From Syncephalis fuscata S228 (taxonomy: Eukaryota > Fungi > Zoopagomycota), in NCBI GenBank assembly GCA_025786725.1, contig JAHLTZ010000005.1, forward strand, positions 248,001 through 312,000: a DNA stretch of 64,000 bases, read 5' to 3'. Shown here in pieces: positions 1 to 12,708 of the stretch (its first letter is position 1; each line of letters starts with the position of its first letter). A model generated the notes under the pieces. The model saw only the letters and a list, made by a program, of their open reading frames with translations, was not told where the DNA came from and did no database searches. Made by a program: the position numbers and the translations under genes.

Positions 1-1
1 A

Positions 2-1402
2 CAAGAAGAGCAAGAGCAGTCACAAAAGAAGAATGGAAATGAAGCGGAGGATACACTCACTCCTGTAACTCCGCCAAAATCACCACCTACTGCATCTCGA
101 CCTGGCTTAAACCGACGACATACAGTAATGCCAAGTGCATCCTGGTCCCATGCTTCTTGGTCCCAATCGGCCTTCAGACAATGGAGTTCATTCTGGCAGG
201 ATCTAAAGGATGAGTTAAAAGATGCTGCTCATATAGGAGGTGCAGGTGCAGATGGATTTAAAAATATACGTCGTAAACATCATTCTGGTGATATGAAAAA
301 GAAGTCTGACAAGGATTATAGTCCTGGTGGTATGGATACCAATAGGAGAAAGCCACCTACCCGTCGTTTATCAATTAATGTGCCTGTGGATAATAGTCGA
401 GTATTAACACAGCAAACACTATTGCAAGGTAATGGCTTGAGTATGATAAGAGGATCGGCAAATGATGTGAATGACGCTGAAGATGACATAATGTCCAATC
501 TATTGTCACCTCGTACTACATTGGCAGTGTTTGGTGATATGCCACATAGTTCGCATATAGATAGCTCGCCTTCAGTTTCACGAGCACGTACACCTTTACC
601 AAGACCAGATACAGCAATGCAGCAACCCCGTGAGCCATATGTATCACAGTCATCGTTTTCTTTTGGTTCAGCGAGTGACGCTATAAGTAGCTCGAGTAGT
701 AGCAGCAGCAGTAGCAGCAGTAGTTCAGGTAGCTCTTCCAATGAGAACTCATCTGAACGTCGACGTCTTCATCCACTTACTTCACTCTTCCGTGAAAGAA
801 GCCGATCTCGGCAACCAAGTCAAGAGGATGAAGACAAAGAAGATGAAGAAGTTGAGTATGATCCAACTAGAAACGAACTTGAAGTGCCTTACGCTACTAA
901 TACGGGTAAAGCTTCAAATCGTGCTTCTAAACAACGATTGCGTAATATGGCACGCAAAGTGGGTCATGTATTCCGTCGTGGTAAAAGCGGACAACGCCAT
1001 GCTGCGCGCGATGAAGATGGTAGTCAAGGTGGCAGCGATGATAGTATTGAAGATGGTGGCAATGGCCAAGCAAGCGATCAAAGTGAAGGCCTACCAAATA
1101 GAGGCGACATAGGCGCTGAATTCACCGCTGCTATGGATGGTCTACAAATATCGAACATACCCGTATGTCGAGTAGATGGACCGAATGGCGAGCCAGTACT
1201 ATCTTCGTCACCGGTAGCTGAAACACATAAGAAGAACTGGCTATATCAGCGTAGTGGTAGTAGCGGACTAATTGACCATCTACATACGCGCAGTACCGAC
1301 TACAAGACAAATTCAAAGCATCGACGGGACCTGTCTTGCGATCAACCGCCTACACAAGCCTCTTCAGTAAGCGGTGATCAGCTATGGGGTGTTAAAGTTT
1401 AG
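2..1402 (+). CDS. 3' part of a low-complexity Ser/Asp/Glu-rich protein; frame open from the window start
   Basis: The frame of ORF 128..1402 is open back to position 2 (QEEQEQSQKK...); poly-Ser tract; no recognisable domain. Confidence 0.7.
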   Translation, partial: QEEQEQSQKKNGNEAEDTLTPVTPPKSPPTASRPGLNRRHTVMPSASWSHASWSQSAFRQWSSFWQDLKDELKDAAHIGGAGADGFKNIRRKHHSGDMKKKSDKDYSPGGMDTNRRKPPTRRLSINVPVDNSRVLTQQTLLQGNGLSMIRGSANDVNDAEDDIMSNLLSPRTTLAVFGDMPHSSHIDSSPSVSRARTPLPRPDTAMQQPREPYVSQSSFSFGSASDAISSSSSSSSSSSSSSGSSSNENSSERRRLHPLTSLFRERSRSRQPSQEDEDKEDEEVEYDPTRNELEVPYATNTGKASNRASKQRLRNMARKVGHVFRRGKSGQRHAARDEDGSQGGSDDSIEDGGNGQASDQSEGLPNRGDIGAEFTAAMDGLQISNIPVCRVDGPNGEPVLSSSPVAETHKKNWLYQRSGSSGLIDHLHTRSTDYKTNSKHRRDLSCDQPPTQASSVSGDQLWGVKV

Positions 1403-1825
1403 CATGTTTATCATTCGTATTATTATTATTATTATGACCATTATATTTTATCATTTATCATTTGTTTCTATTATTTCAGCACATATCAGTTTCCTAAAGT
1501 TTTGTAAAGAGTTATTACTCATCCACAAATAAAAGGAATTATGATAATCTTCCTTTTTTTAAATAAAATATAGAAAATATATGTCAATGGCTGGTTGATG
1601 TTTACTTTGATCCTCCTTGGGGCAGTAAATCTTTTTACGCAATCGATTGCAATGATTTAAATAGTTGACGAATTGATTGAATTAATTTGTGTTTAAATTA
1701 TCATTCACAATAAACACTGTTGCTTATATACTGAATATAATGTTTAAAGTTTAACTGTCAATTGTAATATCATGTTTTATGATAATGACATTTGCTTATG
1801 CGTTGATATCCATCCCTCTTATTTT

Positions 1826-2640
1826 ATTGTTGACATTATTCTATTAGTATACTTGTTTTTATGCAATTGATTTTCATTCTTTGTTTTATTCTACTATTTA
1901 AACAACTCTTCCATTTGTATTTCAATTTGTTCATAGTCTTTTTATGTACAGCGTTATTCAATTTATGATTGTACATATTACATTATTTATTAATTAAATA
2001 AAGATAATATTTTTATATTAAACAATTTATTAGGCATTTAATGTGATTTGTGTCAAATGATTATTTTTAATAACATTCGCGCAACTGAACTACACATTCG
2101 TTCTATTGAACATGGGACAAGTAGTGAGTTTTATTTAATCGTCACATTATCACACTTATTGCTTTTTGGGAGACAAATGACTAAAATCCAATAATAGCCA
2201 ATCTATTGAACATGATAATGGGTGGTGAGCGACATCAAGCATCAAATACTCATCATTGTAGATTCATTATCCAGTATGCATATATCCTCTATTCACCTAT
2301 GTCATTCCCATTCTATCTCATGATACTATATATTATTCTACGATATACTAAATACATTCTATTGTTTATGTGTTTCAATATACTCCACTCATTGTACCCA
2401 TTGCGCTATACACACTATACCTTCGACATCGTTTTATATACTTTCTTACCGTACATTTGTCATTCTATATACTATTCTATATTCATTAAGTCATTTTGTA
2501 TCAAAAACTACATTTATTTTTGTTCTAGCTTTATTATTTATAAATGTCAACTAATTCCGCTCATTGCTCATGCATATATGCTCAATAACTTGAACATTGC
2601 TAATCTCGTTCAATATTGTATAATCATTATAATGTTTATC
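1826..2640 (+). repeat. Dispersed AT-rich repeat family A, copy 1
   Basis: Near-identical inverted copy at ~32440-33205 (shared spurious ORF MNMIMGGERH...); diverged relatives at ~25060-25560, 31700-31870 and 32100-32285. Confidence 0.85.
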
Positions 2641-2779
2641 ATTCCTTATATATTGGCTATACGTTGTCTATAACCGTTGTCGGTATAGTTTTAACTCTTT
2701 TATTAATAAAAATTGACATATCATACTTATTTTGTTCATCAAGTTATTTTGTTATAACAAATATGAATATGAACAGTTG

Positions 2780-3361
2780 TTTTTATTAAAATATTGTTAA
2801 TAAATTGATTTAAATAAAGAATATAACATACTATTTGATTTCTTTGAAACACTTGAAGCCGATTATCGTTATTGTTGTTGTTGGCCATATGTAAAAAGAT
2901 TGATCGAATATTAATAGAAGCCATATGATTGCAATTCCATATCGTTCTGTATTTGTTGTTGTTGCATCTATGTACAGCATGGATTATTGCATCTAAATGA
3001 TCTATTCTATTTTCTAATATTCTACTATTGCATTTTGGGCATATTTGTGATGTAAGACCAAGATTAATATAATTATTATAAATGTCGCTTATTAAACAGC
3101 CACTTCCTCTATAGCCAATCTGACTAAATAAATGGCATTTGAACAATTAATATCATAATGACAATGTATATATATTAAGCAATAATAAAAATAACTAATT
3201 GATTACATTATTATACTGACAATTACACATGAATGAACTAATGTTGGATCCAATATTATACATGTTATAGTAATGAATAGTGTTTAATTGTAATTAAAAG
3301 TATTAAGAAAAAGGGAGTGAAATAAGTAAATAGAAATGTTAAAGTCAAAGTAAAATAGCTC
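2780..3361 (-). mobile_element. Repeat family B, copy 1: non-autonomous element with a decayed Fanzor/TnpB-like C-terminus, 3'-truncated
   Basis: Translates LTSQICPKC...HAVHRC...TIWNCNHMASINIRSIF, matching the Fanzor TSQxCxxC zinc-ribbon and WNRDxxAxxNI RuvC-III pattern; near-identical copies at 15378-16023 and 34913-35529. Confidence 0.7.
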
Positions 3362-3906
3362 CGTTTATTTGATCAATATAGTGCATTTGCCATTCAAATC
3401 AGTAAGTAATACAAATTGCTAATACATATTTGATTTAACATACTAAAATGCTATCTATTAATTAAAATATTCTATTTTAATGCTTATTAACATACATTAT
3501 ATCATAGTATTCTATGTTCTATTTGTTTTTAATAGCTTTATTGATTATAAATTGCTCTTTTTTCATAAACATCATTTTGTCAATCAGTACACATATTGTA
3601 TACTTTATTCTATTAGCACTTTGAAATAGCTACTTTATACTAGATTGTCCGCATACCATGTTAATGATAGATAAATCTGCTTAATTGTTATTAAAACTTC
3701 ATTTTTATATTGTTTGTCATATATCCATATGTTTTTTAAATGCATTGCTTTTGTTTGTACATGTCTATAATTACGATGTAATTGTGTGTCAATCAATTCT
3801 ATGGTTGCTACACAATTTCTAATGTAGTTTATAAAAACTCCTATAGTTATTCCATTTTAAACTTATTTTATTTTAGCACGTTCTACAGTTAAGCGTATTG
3901 TTAATT

Positions 3907-5041
3907 TTAGCTTAAGCCACAAATACTTAATTCACGCATCTCTTGTATTATCTGAGAAAGTTCACTGTCGTTCTGTCTTAACTCAGTATTACCAGAGGCG
4001 GTTGGCATTTGTAGCGTTTGCAACCGCTCATATGATTCGCTTGAAAAACGGTGCTGTAACTTGACAAGTGCCTCGAAAGAAGGGTCGAGATAAGGAACGC
4101 GCAAGTCTACCAGCTTTGGAAGTTCCGCGCTTAGTTGTGTATTTAATGCATCATATACTTCTTGCGATTGGCGCATATGCATCTCCGCCTATATAGTTTT
4201 GGGATTAAATCAAACGATTGATAGACTAAACACTAATACTTACACGAGGGAGTTTTGACGGATCATCGCTGGGTTTCTCTGTTAGTTTACGAACTTTAGC
4301 ACGAGCTGAATCATAGTCTAACAGCTTATTATGACGCTTGCGCACTGCTTCATTGACTTCAGGAAATAAGGCGCAATATCTTCCAATGGGATCAAGTACC
4401 GTTTCCCGACATTGCTCATCCTATTTAGTGCAGTTTAGTTATTTGTCACGTATTGGATAGTATTCAAACTACGCACCACATCGACACGAAGTGACTGGTC
4501 CAGCTCATTCATTACGGCCTTATAGCGAGCGGCCGATCCGCCTAATTCGGTGTCTTGGCTGCTTTCCAGAAACTGTGCCACTGTATTTGCTATGTGCATC
4601 TGTGAATTACTCAGTGCTGTGCACGTTAGATACAATGCTTTTGGCATACTCTTTAAATAAATCTACTTACAACGCAAAGAATCAAGGTAGCCTTTGGCAT
4701 CCTTATGCAGTTTATCCATCTTGTTTTCCATTCTATATGAATGATACCAGCAATAGAATAATGAGCTTCAGTAGTTATCATAACGCTTATCTTACGCTCG
4801 ATAACGGTCTTCAATATCGGAAAACTCCCGGTCAATCGTCTTATCTACATGACCGGTACGTTGCATAAGCTATAAGTTAAACTAATTGTTAGCAATGTTG
4901 GTTGGCTACCTATATCCTAATTACCGAAGTACCCGCTCGATTCACTGATTTGACAAAGCCTGCCCTGTAGTAGCAGTCGCGTTATTATTTCTGTTATTAG
5001 TATAGACATGTTGCAAGTGTTGTAGAAGCTTACCAACTCAT
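3907..5041 (-). CDS. RVS161: BAR-domain amphiphysin Rvs161/Hob3, multi-exon, one apparent 1-nt deletion near 4691
   Basis: Spliced translation MSWAGFVKSVNRAGTS..., KRHNKLLDYDSARAKVRKLTEKPSDDPSKLPR, LPKLVDLRVPYLDPSFEALVKLQ, ending ELSICGLS. Confidence 0.92.
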
Positions 5042-6893
5042 GATGACTGTGATTTTATGAATGAAATATTAAAATGTTTGAATTGCAGGCAAGAAAGTGT
5101 TGTAGTTGGTGAACAGGCAAAAGAGAGAATGCATCACAAGACTTGAAACTATGGCATGTTTCAGGTCAAACATGTGTTACAATCATGTCGGTTTTACGCA
5201 TTCGCTACCTAGAACATGCACAGGAACAACTAAAACAACACCCGAGTAATACAATAGATTTTACAATGTTGGTTCAAAAATATTGCTTGCATAAACTATA
5301 TTATTTAGTATTTGGCTAAATGATTGTTTGATAGATACTATAGCTATAATAAATATCAGATCAATATCAGATAAACTGTCAGAGACAGGTGCCTGACGGG
5401 AATAAATATAGATGAAGCTAAAATATTGAGTTAATTATGTGTTTGTAAATCATTATTCTAATATCTTAACAGCGATGTAATAGAATTACATTAATCCTTG
5501 AAACGACTCAGTCTCCTATAAATCGCTTTTTACATTGCATTTTTCTATTTGATAAAATTTGTAACAATGATATTGCCATTTATGAATTCTATTCAGTCCA
5601 AGAGCTATTGTCAATTGACATAAGTAACAAAGTTGTATGGTGATACTTTAACTGATTAAATAAAAAGTCATCATTTTTAATCTAAACAATGTCGCGTATG
5701 ACACACGACACTGTTTTGTTATGCATTTGCAATCTTAGTGCCTACTATAATTACCAGGTTCATCAATAAAAGTATTATCGTTTTTTAAAATAGCCATGCA
5801 AACTACATTAATAGACGATTTAACAGATGCAATAAGCATCATTGGAATGCAGCTGCTGCTGTCAATGGATTATCCGGTTCATCTGCGTTTGTAAACAGGT
5901 TCTATGATCTTTAGGACACAGCTTTGCTAAAATGGCCCAGCTGTGCTACAATGCGTGTAATGCTTGCATATAATATTCCATTTAGTCGAGCCATAATAGC
6001 CTAGTAGCAAATGGGGATAGCATTGCTATTATTAGTAGTAAACATCAAATAATGTATTAAGAAGTAACAGTGGCCGCATAGGCTGCTAGGTAACAAAAAC
6101 AGATCCGTCAAAATAGCTCAGCTACACAACAAAGGTTTCTATCGTATAGCAGTTGCTATACAAGCCATTGCAAACACCGATCATGGAGCTGGTCACGTTC
6201 CATTTCGGCAGTTTGACCTAGGTCGAATCGGCATCTTTTAGTGATAGTATTATCAGCTGATCATTTCTCTCTTTATTAATCTCGTCATAGCTACTTTAAC
6301 TCCGCAAAAACGCCATGTTGTGTTACTTCCATTACTACTCGGCACACACTGCACATAATGTAAGAGCTGCGTCGACAATAACAGTAGATATGTTTCTTAT
6401 GGTAGACTTAAAAAGCTGAAACGCAGCTGATTGGCACAGACTATTACAAGGACCAAATGGTTTCCATTAACGCAACAGCTGTTATACAAACACCCCAGTG
6501 CACGAAACAAAAGTCGTTTCGAGGATCATAGAATACGGCAACCGCAGGGGCGTTCCATCAAATGCAAAGAGCTGAATGTGAGTTGTATTTGTGTGCATAA
6601 GCTGAAACAAGTGCCAATGGACAGGGAGAAGGCAACGACATGCAGCAGTCATGTGTTACGTTGGAAGCACATGTTGTCGTACTTTTCACTATCAGTCACA
6701 ATATTCAAATAGTCGCGCTTGTAAATCCATCTGGTTTTTTCCTAGTTTTTCTTTTTGCCTATTTTCGTGTTTGTGCGTACTTATATGTACATGTCTGAGC
6801 AGTTTCTCATTATCCATATCTAGCAACCGTGAACGCACTTTGCTTTTATTTTCTGTTTTTCTTTATCATATATCGTATTGTTTGCGTTTGAAC

Positions 6894-8108
6894 ATGTTGC
6901 TGGCGTCTCGGAAGCCACGGCAGCGTCTTAACAAATCAACCACCGCACCAAATCCTTGCGGTGCATTTCCATTATTTAAAAACCGCACAACCGGCCATCG
7001 GCGCGCAGAAAGCGAGTCTACTTTTCGCAAAATAACACATCGTCTATCATGCATATTTCCTTCTCATCGAGCTAATCGTTCGCTGGATAGCACGCAAGAC
7101 CGTCTTGACGGCCGTACTTGTGTAAAAAGCTCGGGTGGTCAACATGCTGACGAGGCTGCATCCACGCCACAAGACCTGCAATCTGCATCATGTGAATATG
7201 ACATTTCATGCTTGTCGACACCCAAAGAATTGTCATGCAAAGCCGCCATTTCCAATGGACCTTCCATGGCTTTCATGTCCACACCAAATATCATTCAGCG
7301 CAACTGTAGAAATGACAGTGCCACAGGTCATCCTGTGCCAATGCCAACTCAGCTGTCGGGTGAACTGACACTTGGACTTGACTGTCTGAAAAAAGTTGTA
7401 AAATTGCCAGCTGGTGAAAAGCAGTGCGAATGGATTGCTGTTCATGGTGAGTACTATTGATTATTAATCAAATGTCAAAACATTTACACATTCTTTTGTA
7501 TAGTCGTCGATTTCTTCAATCAGGTTAATTTACTTTATGGCACTATCACCGAGTTTTGCACACCTAGAGATTGCCCGGTCATGTCGGCCGGCGATCGTTA
7601 TCAGTATCGTTGGCTTGAGAATAAACAGTCAAGCAGACATAGTACTTGCCTATCAAGCAAGAGCGTCACTACTATTACATCGGCATCTACTTACACGAAC
7701 AGCGACTGTGGTAGCGGATATTACAGTGGCAGTCTAGCTAACCGTAGAGAAGGCGCATCGCGTGCTATTTTGTTGCCAGCACCAGACTATATAGATAATA
7801 TAATGCGCTGGGGCTTGCGGATGATTGAAAATCTTCAAACGCTTCAGGATCAAAAAAGCGCTTCCTTCACACAAATGTCTTCTAGTGTTGTACGGACATT
7901 GTTCAAACGGATATTTCGTATATATGCACACATATATCACGCACATTCTGGTGCCATCTCGGTGCTAAGACAGGAAGCACTTTTAAACACATCTTTTATT
8001 CACTTCGTTTTATTTGCACGCGAATTCAATCTCATCGACGAACGAGAAGAACATCCTATGGCGGAGGTGATTGCACTGCTTACCAATCCTCGCATGCAAC
8101 AAAGATAA
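6894..8108 (+). CDS. Mob1/phocein-family kinase activator (MOB1-like) with long N-terminal extension; intron 7447-7503
   Basis: [76 protein letters not shown]. Confidence 0.88.
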
Positions 8109-9544
8109 TCATATAGATTCTATTGCCGTTACAATGGCTATCATTGTATTTTTTGCTGTTTTCCTTGAGTTGTTTAGTTTATTTTTTATTTACATTAGTA
8201 ATTTTGTTTAAAGCCTTTATTTAATAGAAAATTAAGCATTTGCAGTTATTTCAATTATATTATGTTTACATTATCTGTGTATCAAATTAATAGTATCATT
8301 AATAGTTAATTAACAAAATATAATGTTTCTAATTAATAAATTTAACAATAAATGCATAAATATAAATTTTAAATAAACAATGATTGTTATATAATAGAAT
8401 GAGTATACGATGGTAGTGATATGAATGAATCGGATTTATATGCATACTAGATATATGCGTACTAAATAAAGAATATACTATTACAGCATTAGTAGTATGA
8501 TTAGGTAACTTTGATTAAACAACCAAATAAAAAGAAAAAGAAAATAAATAGCTTATTCAGATTTTTCAATATTAATATTAAATGAATTTAACGTTTAACT
8601 ATGACTCAAATCAGTAGATTTGTAATAAAAGTTGCAAACTGTATATATCCTGACAATAAGCTAAAGAAAATTAGAGCGAGCGAAAATTATATTTATTATT
8701 ATGTAGGCGAAAACATTAGGTATTTGTAATACTGTCGAAGTTCTAATAAAAGCACGTAGCATAGAACTGTGGTGAAAAAATTAAGTACATTAAATGCAAC
8801 AAAGCTTAAATTAAAACTTTGATTACTGATGTCATTCACCACCCAGCTCCATGTTTAATAAAACGAATGCTATTAAATGTAGTTATTTAACACAAAAATA
8901 TATTAAATAATCAAATAATAAACTATTTATAAAATCAATGCATGATAGTGCAAAATGTTACACTATACAATAACAGGCCCTCTAACTTGTTATACAAAAT
9001 AATGTTTATAGCAACAGCTACTAATTAAGTCCAATGATCTTATAGCAAATGGTCTTTAGTAACATATAAATAGTTTTATTGCTATTTCACCAATAGTATT
9101 AATAAATAGACAGTATAATTATGCTAATTATACAATTAGTCTATTGGCTTTATTACCAATTGCTTTATTATTTGGCATTGTATTTCCATTACTTATGTTC
9201 AACACTGTCGTTTTTAGTAAAAAATGACATTAATTACTAGATATTGGCTGCAATAATAGATGTTGTTTATTGTGTGCATAATAGTGTGTGCATAATATTT
9301 CAATGTGTTGCAAAATAGAAATATTATGTTCAAAAGTAGTACAATGGTTGCACACGACAATGGGATGCTGCCAGTCTTGCATGACGTCTGCAGTGTCCTG
9401 AGCGCAATGTTCTTTGTCTCAACGCATGTTACGTTTTAAACTGTTGTGCTTTCTGCCTTCGTTTTCTTACTTTGTTTTTCGCTTTCGTTTGTGCTTTCGT
9501 TTTGTGTTTTGTTCTCAATATCCCTCTTGTCAATAACTTTACAA

Positions 9545-12500
9545 ATGGTCACCAAATCAATTAAGCCACCCTGTAAGTCAGCGTGTATCAACTATAGCAT
9601 GATTTGTACAAATAGTTATTGATACCATTTAACTATTCGTATAGCCACTATCTCAGGCAAAACATGTTTGATTTGCTATGATTCCATTAAAATCTGTAAT
9701 TTTAATGGAACAATTATAAAGAAAAAAAATGAAGCACCGACTGGCACAGTATTAGACTGCGGCCATGGATATTGTTTTGGCTGCTTTGTCAAACACTTAC
9801 AATCACTTATTACAGCTGCTGTCTGTAAATTCCCAGTTAAATGTCCCTATCCTGATTGTGTACAGGTGATATCCGACGATATGGCAAAGCAGCTTCTTTC
9901 GCCCGCGGAATATCGTCGCTGGCACCAAAGAAAAGTCGAGAGCGATCCAAAGTGCATTGTAAGTGCATCGACCTTAATTCTGGCAACTAATAGTTAATTT
10001 GCCGTAAAGATGTTTTGCCCAAACAAACGATGCAGCCACACTATATGGACTGTAATTGACGGCAATCCGCAGCCTTCTCCAGCTAAATGTCCAGAGTGCA
10101 AGCTGATACTATGTCTGCGCTGCAAAACAGAGCATCACAAAGGTATGTCAATCTGCCACACTAAACAACTGTTTTAATAGTACAGTTGATAGGTATGAGC
10201 TGCGGTGAATATGCCAATCTTCCAAAAGCAGAAAAATATAAAGAAGACTGGGACACGTTAAAGCTTGCCGGCCCAAATCGATGGCGACACTGTCCGATAT
10301 GTAACGCCTTAGTTGAGCGGAATACTGGCTGTAAGAAGATGACCTGCACTTGTACTGCTCAATTGTAAGAAGCTTGAAATACATTAAATTTAACTATTTC
10401 TAACATCAACCAATAGCTGCTTTGGTTGTGGCACAGTATGGACTAAGAAAAAAAACTCCAAAAGCTGCTGTGCACTTCAAAATCATGATTTAGACCGTGG
10501 CATAATGGTTCAAGCATCCAATACTTCTAATGCTCAGACCAGCAGTGATAAACGTAAATTCAGTATTGCTGTTCTCGCGAGCGGTAGATTTCTTCAAGCA
10601 GTAAGAACACTTGGTTCCGCACCATGGCACTTCAAAAACGATGTGGCTATTGTGATCAAAAATTTAAATCTTTGGATGCGTTGCATGCCCATTTGGAAGA
10701 AACTCGGAAACATACCACGTATATTTGTTGCGAGCAACTATTTTCAAGTTCAAGCACGTACAATGCACACGTAAAGACACATGGAAAAGCCAAACCACCC
10801 ACATCAACTGTAAATACTGCTCCTGCTTCAATTTCTGTAAATAGCACAGATCCAAAGGTGCCACTTCCTGCTACAAAGTCTACAGCAAGCACCAGCAAAG
10901 AAGTAAAAACTTTAGCGTCATCTAAAAGTCCATCAGCTAAGAAACCAGCATTGGTCAATCGTAAAGAGGTAGCCAGCGTTGATATTAAAGTGCTGTTGAA
11001 TGATAAGGAGAGGAATTTTAAAGATTCAGCTTGGCTGGCACTATCCGAAAAAGGGAAGTGCTGCCCATATTGCCAACGCAAATTCAAGAATCCAGCAGCT
11101 CTGCATGAACATTTGATAAAATTTACCAAACATGAAGTATATATTTGCTGTAAATCGCTTTTTCCTAATGCTTCAGCATTGAAATTACATAAGGAATCTC
11201 ATACATTAGCATCCAATCTACCGTCAAATAAACCTTCAACTCAACAAAAGACGTCATCAAACTCAGTTTGCACTCCTACATCATCATCTATTTCAAAATC
11301 AGATATTGCTAAACCGAATTTGCCTAAACCAACATTGTCTACTTCAAACAATACTTCTACTAAGCAGCAAGTACCCACCGATTCCAAGCCAGCTGCAATT
11401 GAAACTCATGTCTGTTGTGGGCGCATTTTTAGCACATCAGCAGCAAAAAATGAACATATACAAAACTCGCGTCGTCATCAAGCAACATTAAAACAGGACT
11501 TACACATTCGCTCTGAACCGCACAAAGCATCGTCATCTGCTTCAGCCAATACTTCTGTTAAGCAGCAAGTAGCTATTAGTTTTCATCCACATGTATCTGA
11601 AGTTTATTATTGTTGTGGACGCACTTTTAGCACATTGGAAGCAAAACGTGAACATATAAAAACATCATGTTATTATCAAACACCATTAGAAAAAAAACCA
11701 TGCCCTTATGAGCCAGGAACTATTGAATATGAATATTATAAACCAACATCATTTACTTCAAACGATACTTCTACTAAGCAGCAAGTACCCACCGATTCCA
11801 AGCCAGCTGCAATTGAAACTCATGTCTGTTGTGGACGCATTTTTAGCACATCAGCAGCAAAAAATGAACATATACAAAACTCGCGTCGTCATCAATCAAC
11901 ATTAAAACAGGACTTACACATTCGCTCTGAGCCGCACAAAGCATCGTCATCTGCCTCAGCCAATACTTCTGTTAAGCAGCAAGTAGCTATTAGTTTTCAC
12001 CCACATGTATCTGAAGTTTATTATTGTTGTGGACGCACTTTTAGCACATTGGAAGCAAAACGTGAACATATAAAAACATCATGTTATTATCAAACACCAT
12101 TAGAAAAAAAACCATGCCCTTATGAGCCAGGAACTATTGAATATGAATATTATAAACCAACATCATTTACTTCAAACGATACTTCTACTAAGCAGCAAGT
12201 ACCCACCAATTCCAAGCCAGCTGCAATTGAAACTCATGTCTGTTGTGGGCGCATTTTTAACACATCAGCAGCAAAAAATGAACATATACAAAACTCGCGT
12301 CGTCATCAATCAACATTAAAACAGGACTTACACATTCGCTCTGAGCCGCACAAAGCATCGTCATCTGCTTTAGCGGATACTTCTGCTAAACAGTCAATGT
12401 CTATTAATTTACAGGCATTAGCATTTAAACCCTATTATTGTTGTGGACGTACCTTCAATACATTGGTAGCAAAGCGCGAACATATACTAACTTCATGTTA

Positions 12501-12708
12501 TTATGATACCATAATGATTCAAAAATTACCTGCTTGTGAACAACAAATTTTAAAAGATTTACTAAAGTCTGATGATATAGTAAACTCAATAACATCGCCA
12601 CTGGCATTTTCAGCACCAAAAGCAACTAAATCTGGTTGGTCGGATGGAATGCGGTTTGTTTTTTTTAGTATTTTTTTGGCTTCTATTTTTATTTGGATTA
12701 AAAAATAG
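9545..12708 (+). CDS. RBR (RING1-IBR-RING2) E3 ubiquitin ligase with zinc-finger repeat array and C-terminal TM helix; introns 9573-9644, 9959-10009, 10143-10192, 10365-10416; 1-nt frameshift near 10588
   Basis: RING1 CLICYD..CGHGYCFGC..CPYPDC; IBR CPNKRC..CPEC..CLRC..HH; RING2 CPIC..VERNTGCKKMTCTC..FCFGC; then CxxC/CC-type C2H2-like fingers and hydrophobic tail FVFFSIFLASIFIW. Confidence 0.8.
11341..12505 (+). repeat. Coding tandem repeat, 414 bp (138 aa) period, about 2.8 copies
   Basis: ACTTCAAAC(A/G)ATACTTCTACTAAGCAGCAAGTACCC recurs at 11341, 11755 and 12169 with near-identical units. Confidence 0.95.

Noticed and set aside
316-741. Antisense ORFs with poly-Leu (also those opposite 10624, 16115, 18330 and 52074)
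   Set aside because: Shadow frames of real genes on the other strand.
2206-2673. 155 aa ORF and its twin at 32482..32829
   Set aside because: Tyr/Ile/Phe-rich chance frame in AT-rich repeat family A; the copies differ by a frameshift and no domain is recognisable.
10580-10600. Programmed -1 ribosomal frameshift in the RBR gene
   Set aside because: No X XXY YYZ slippery heptamer, and the same 1-nt deletions occur throughout the window.
11341-12505. CRISPR-like or non-coding array
   Set aside because: Units are contiguous in-frame coding repeats with no unique spacers.
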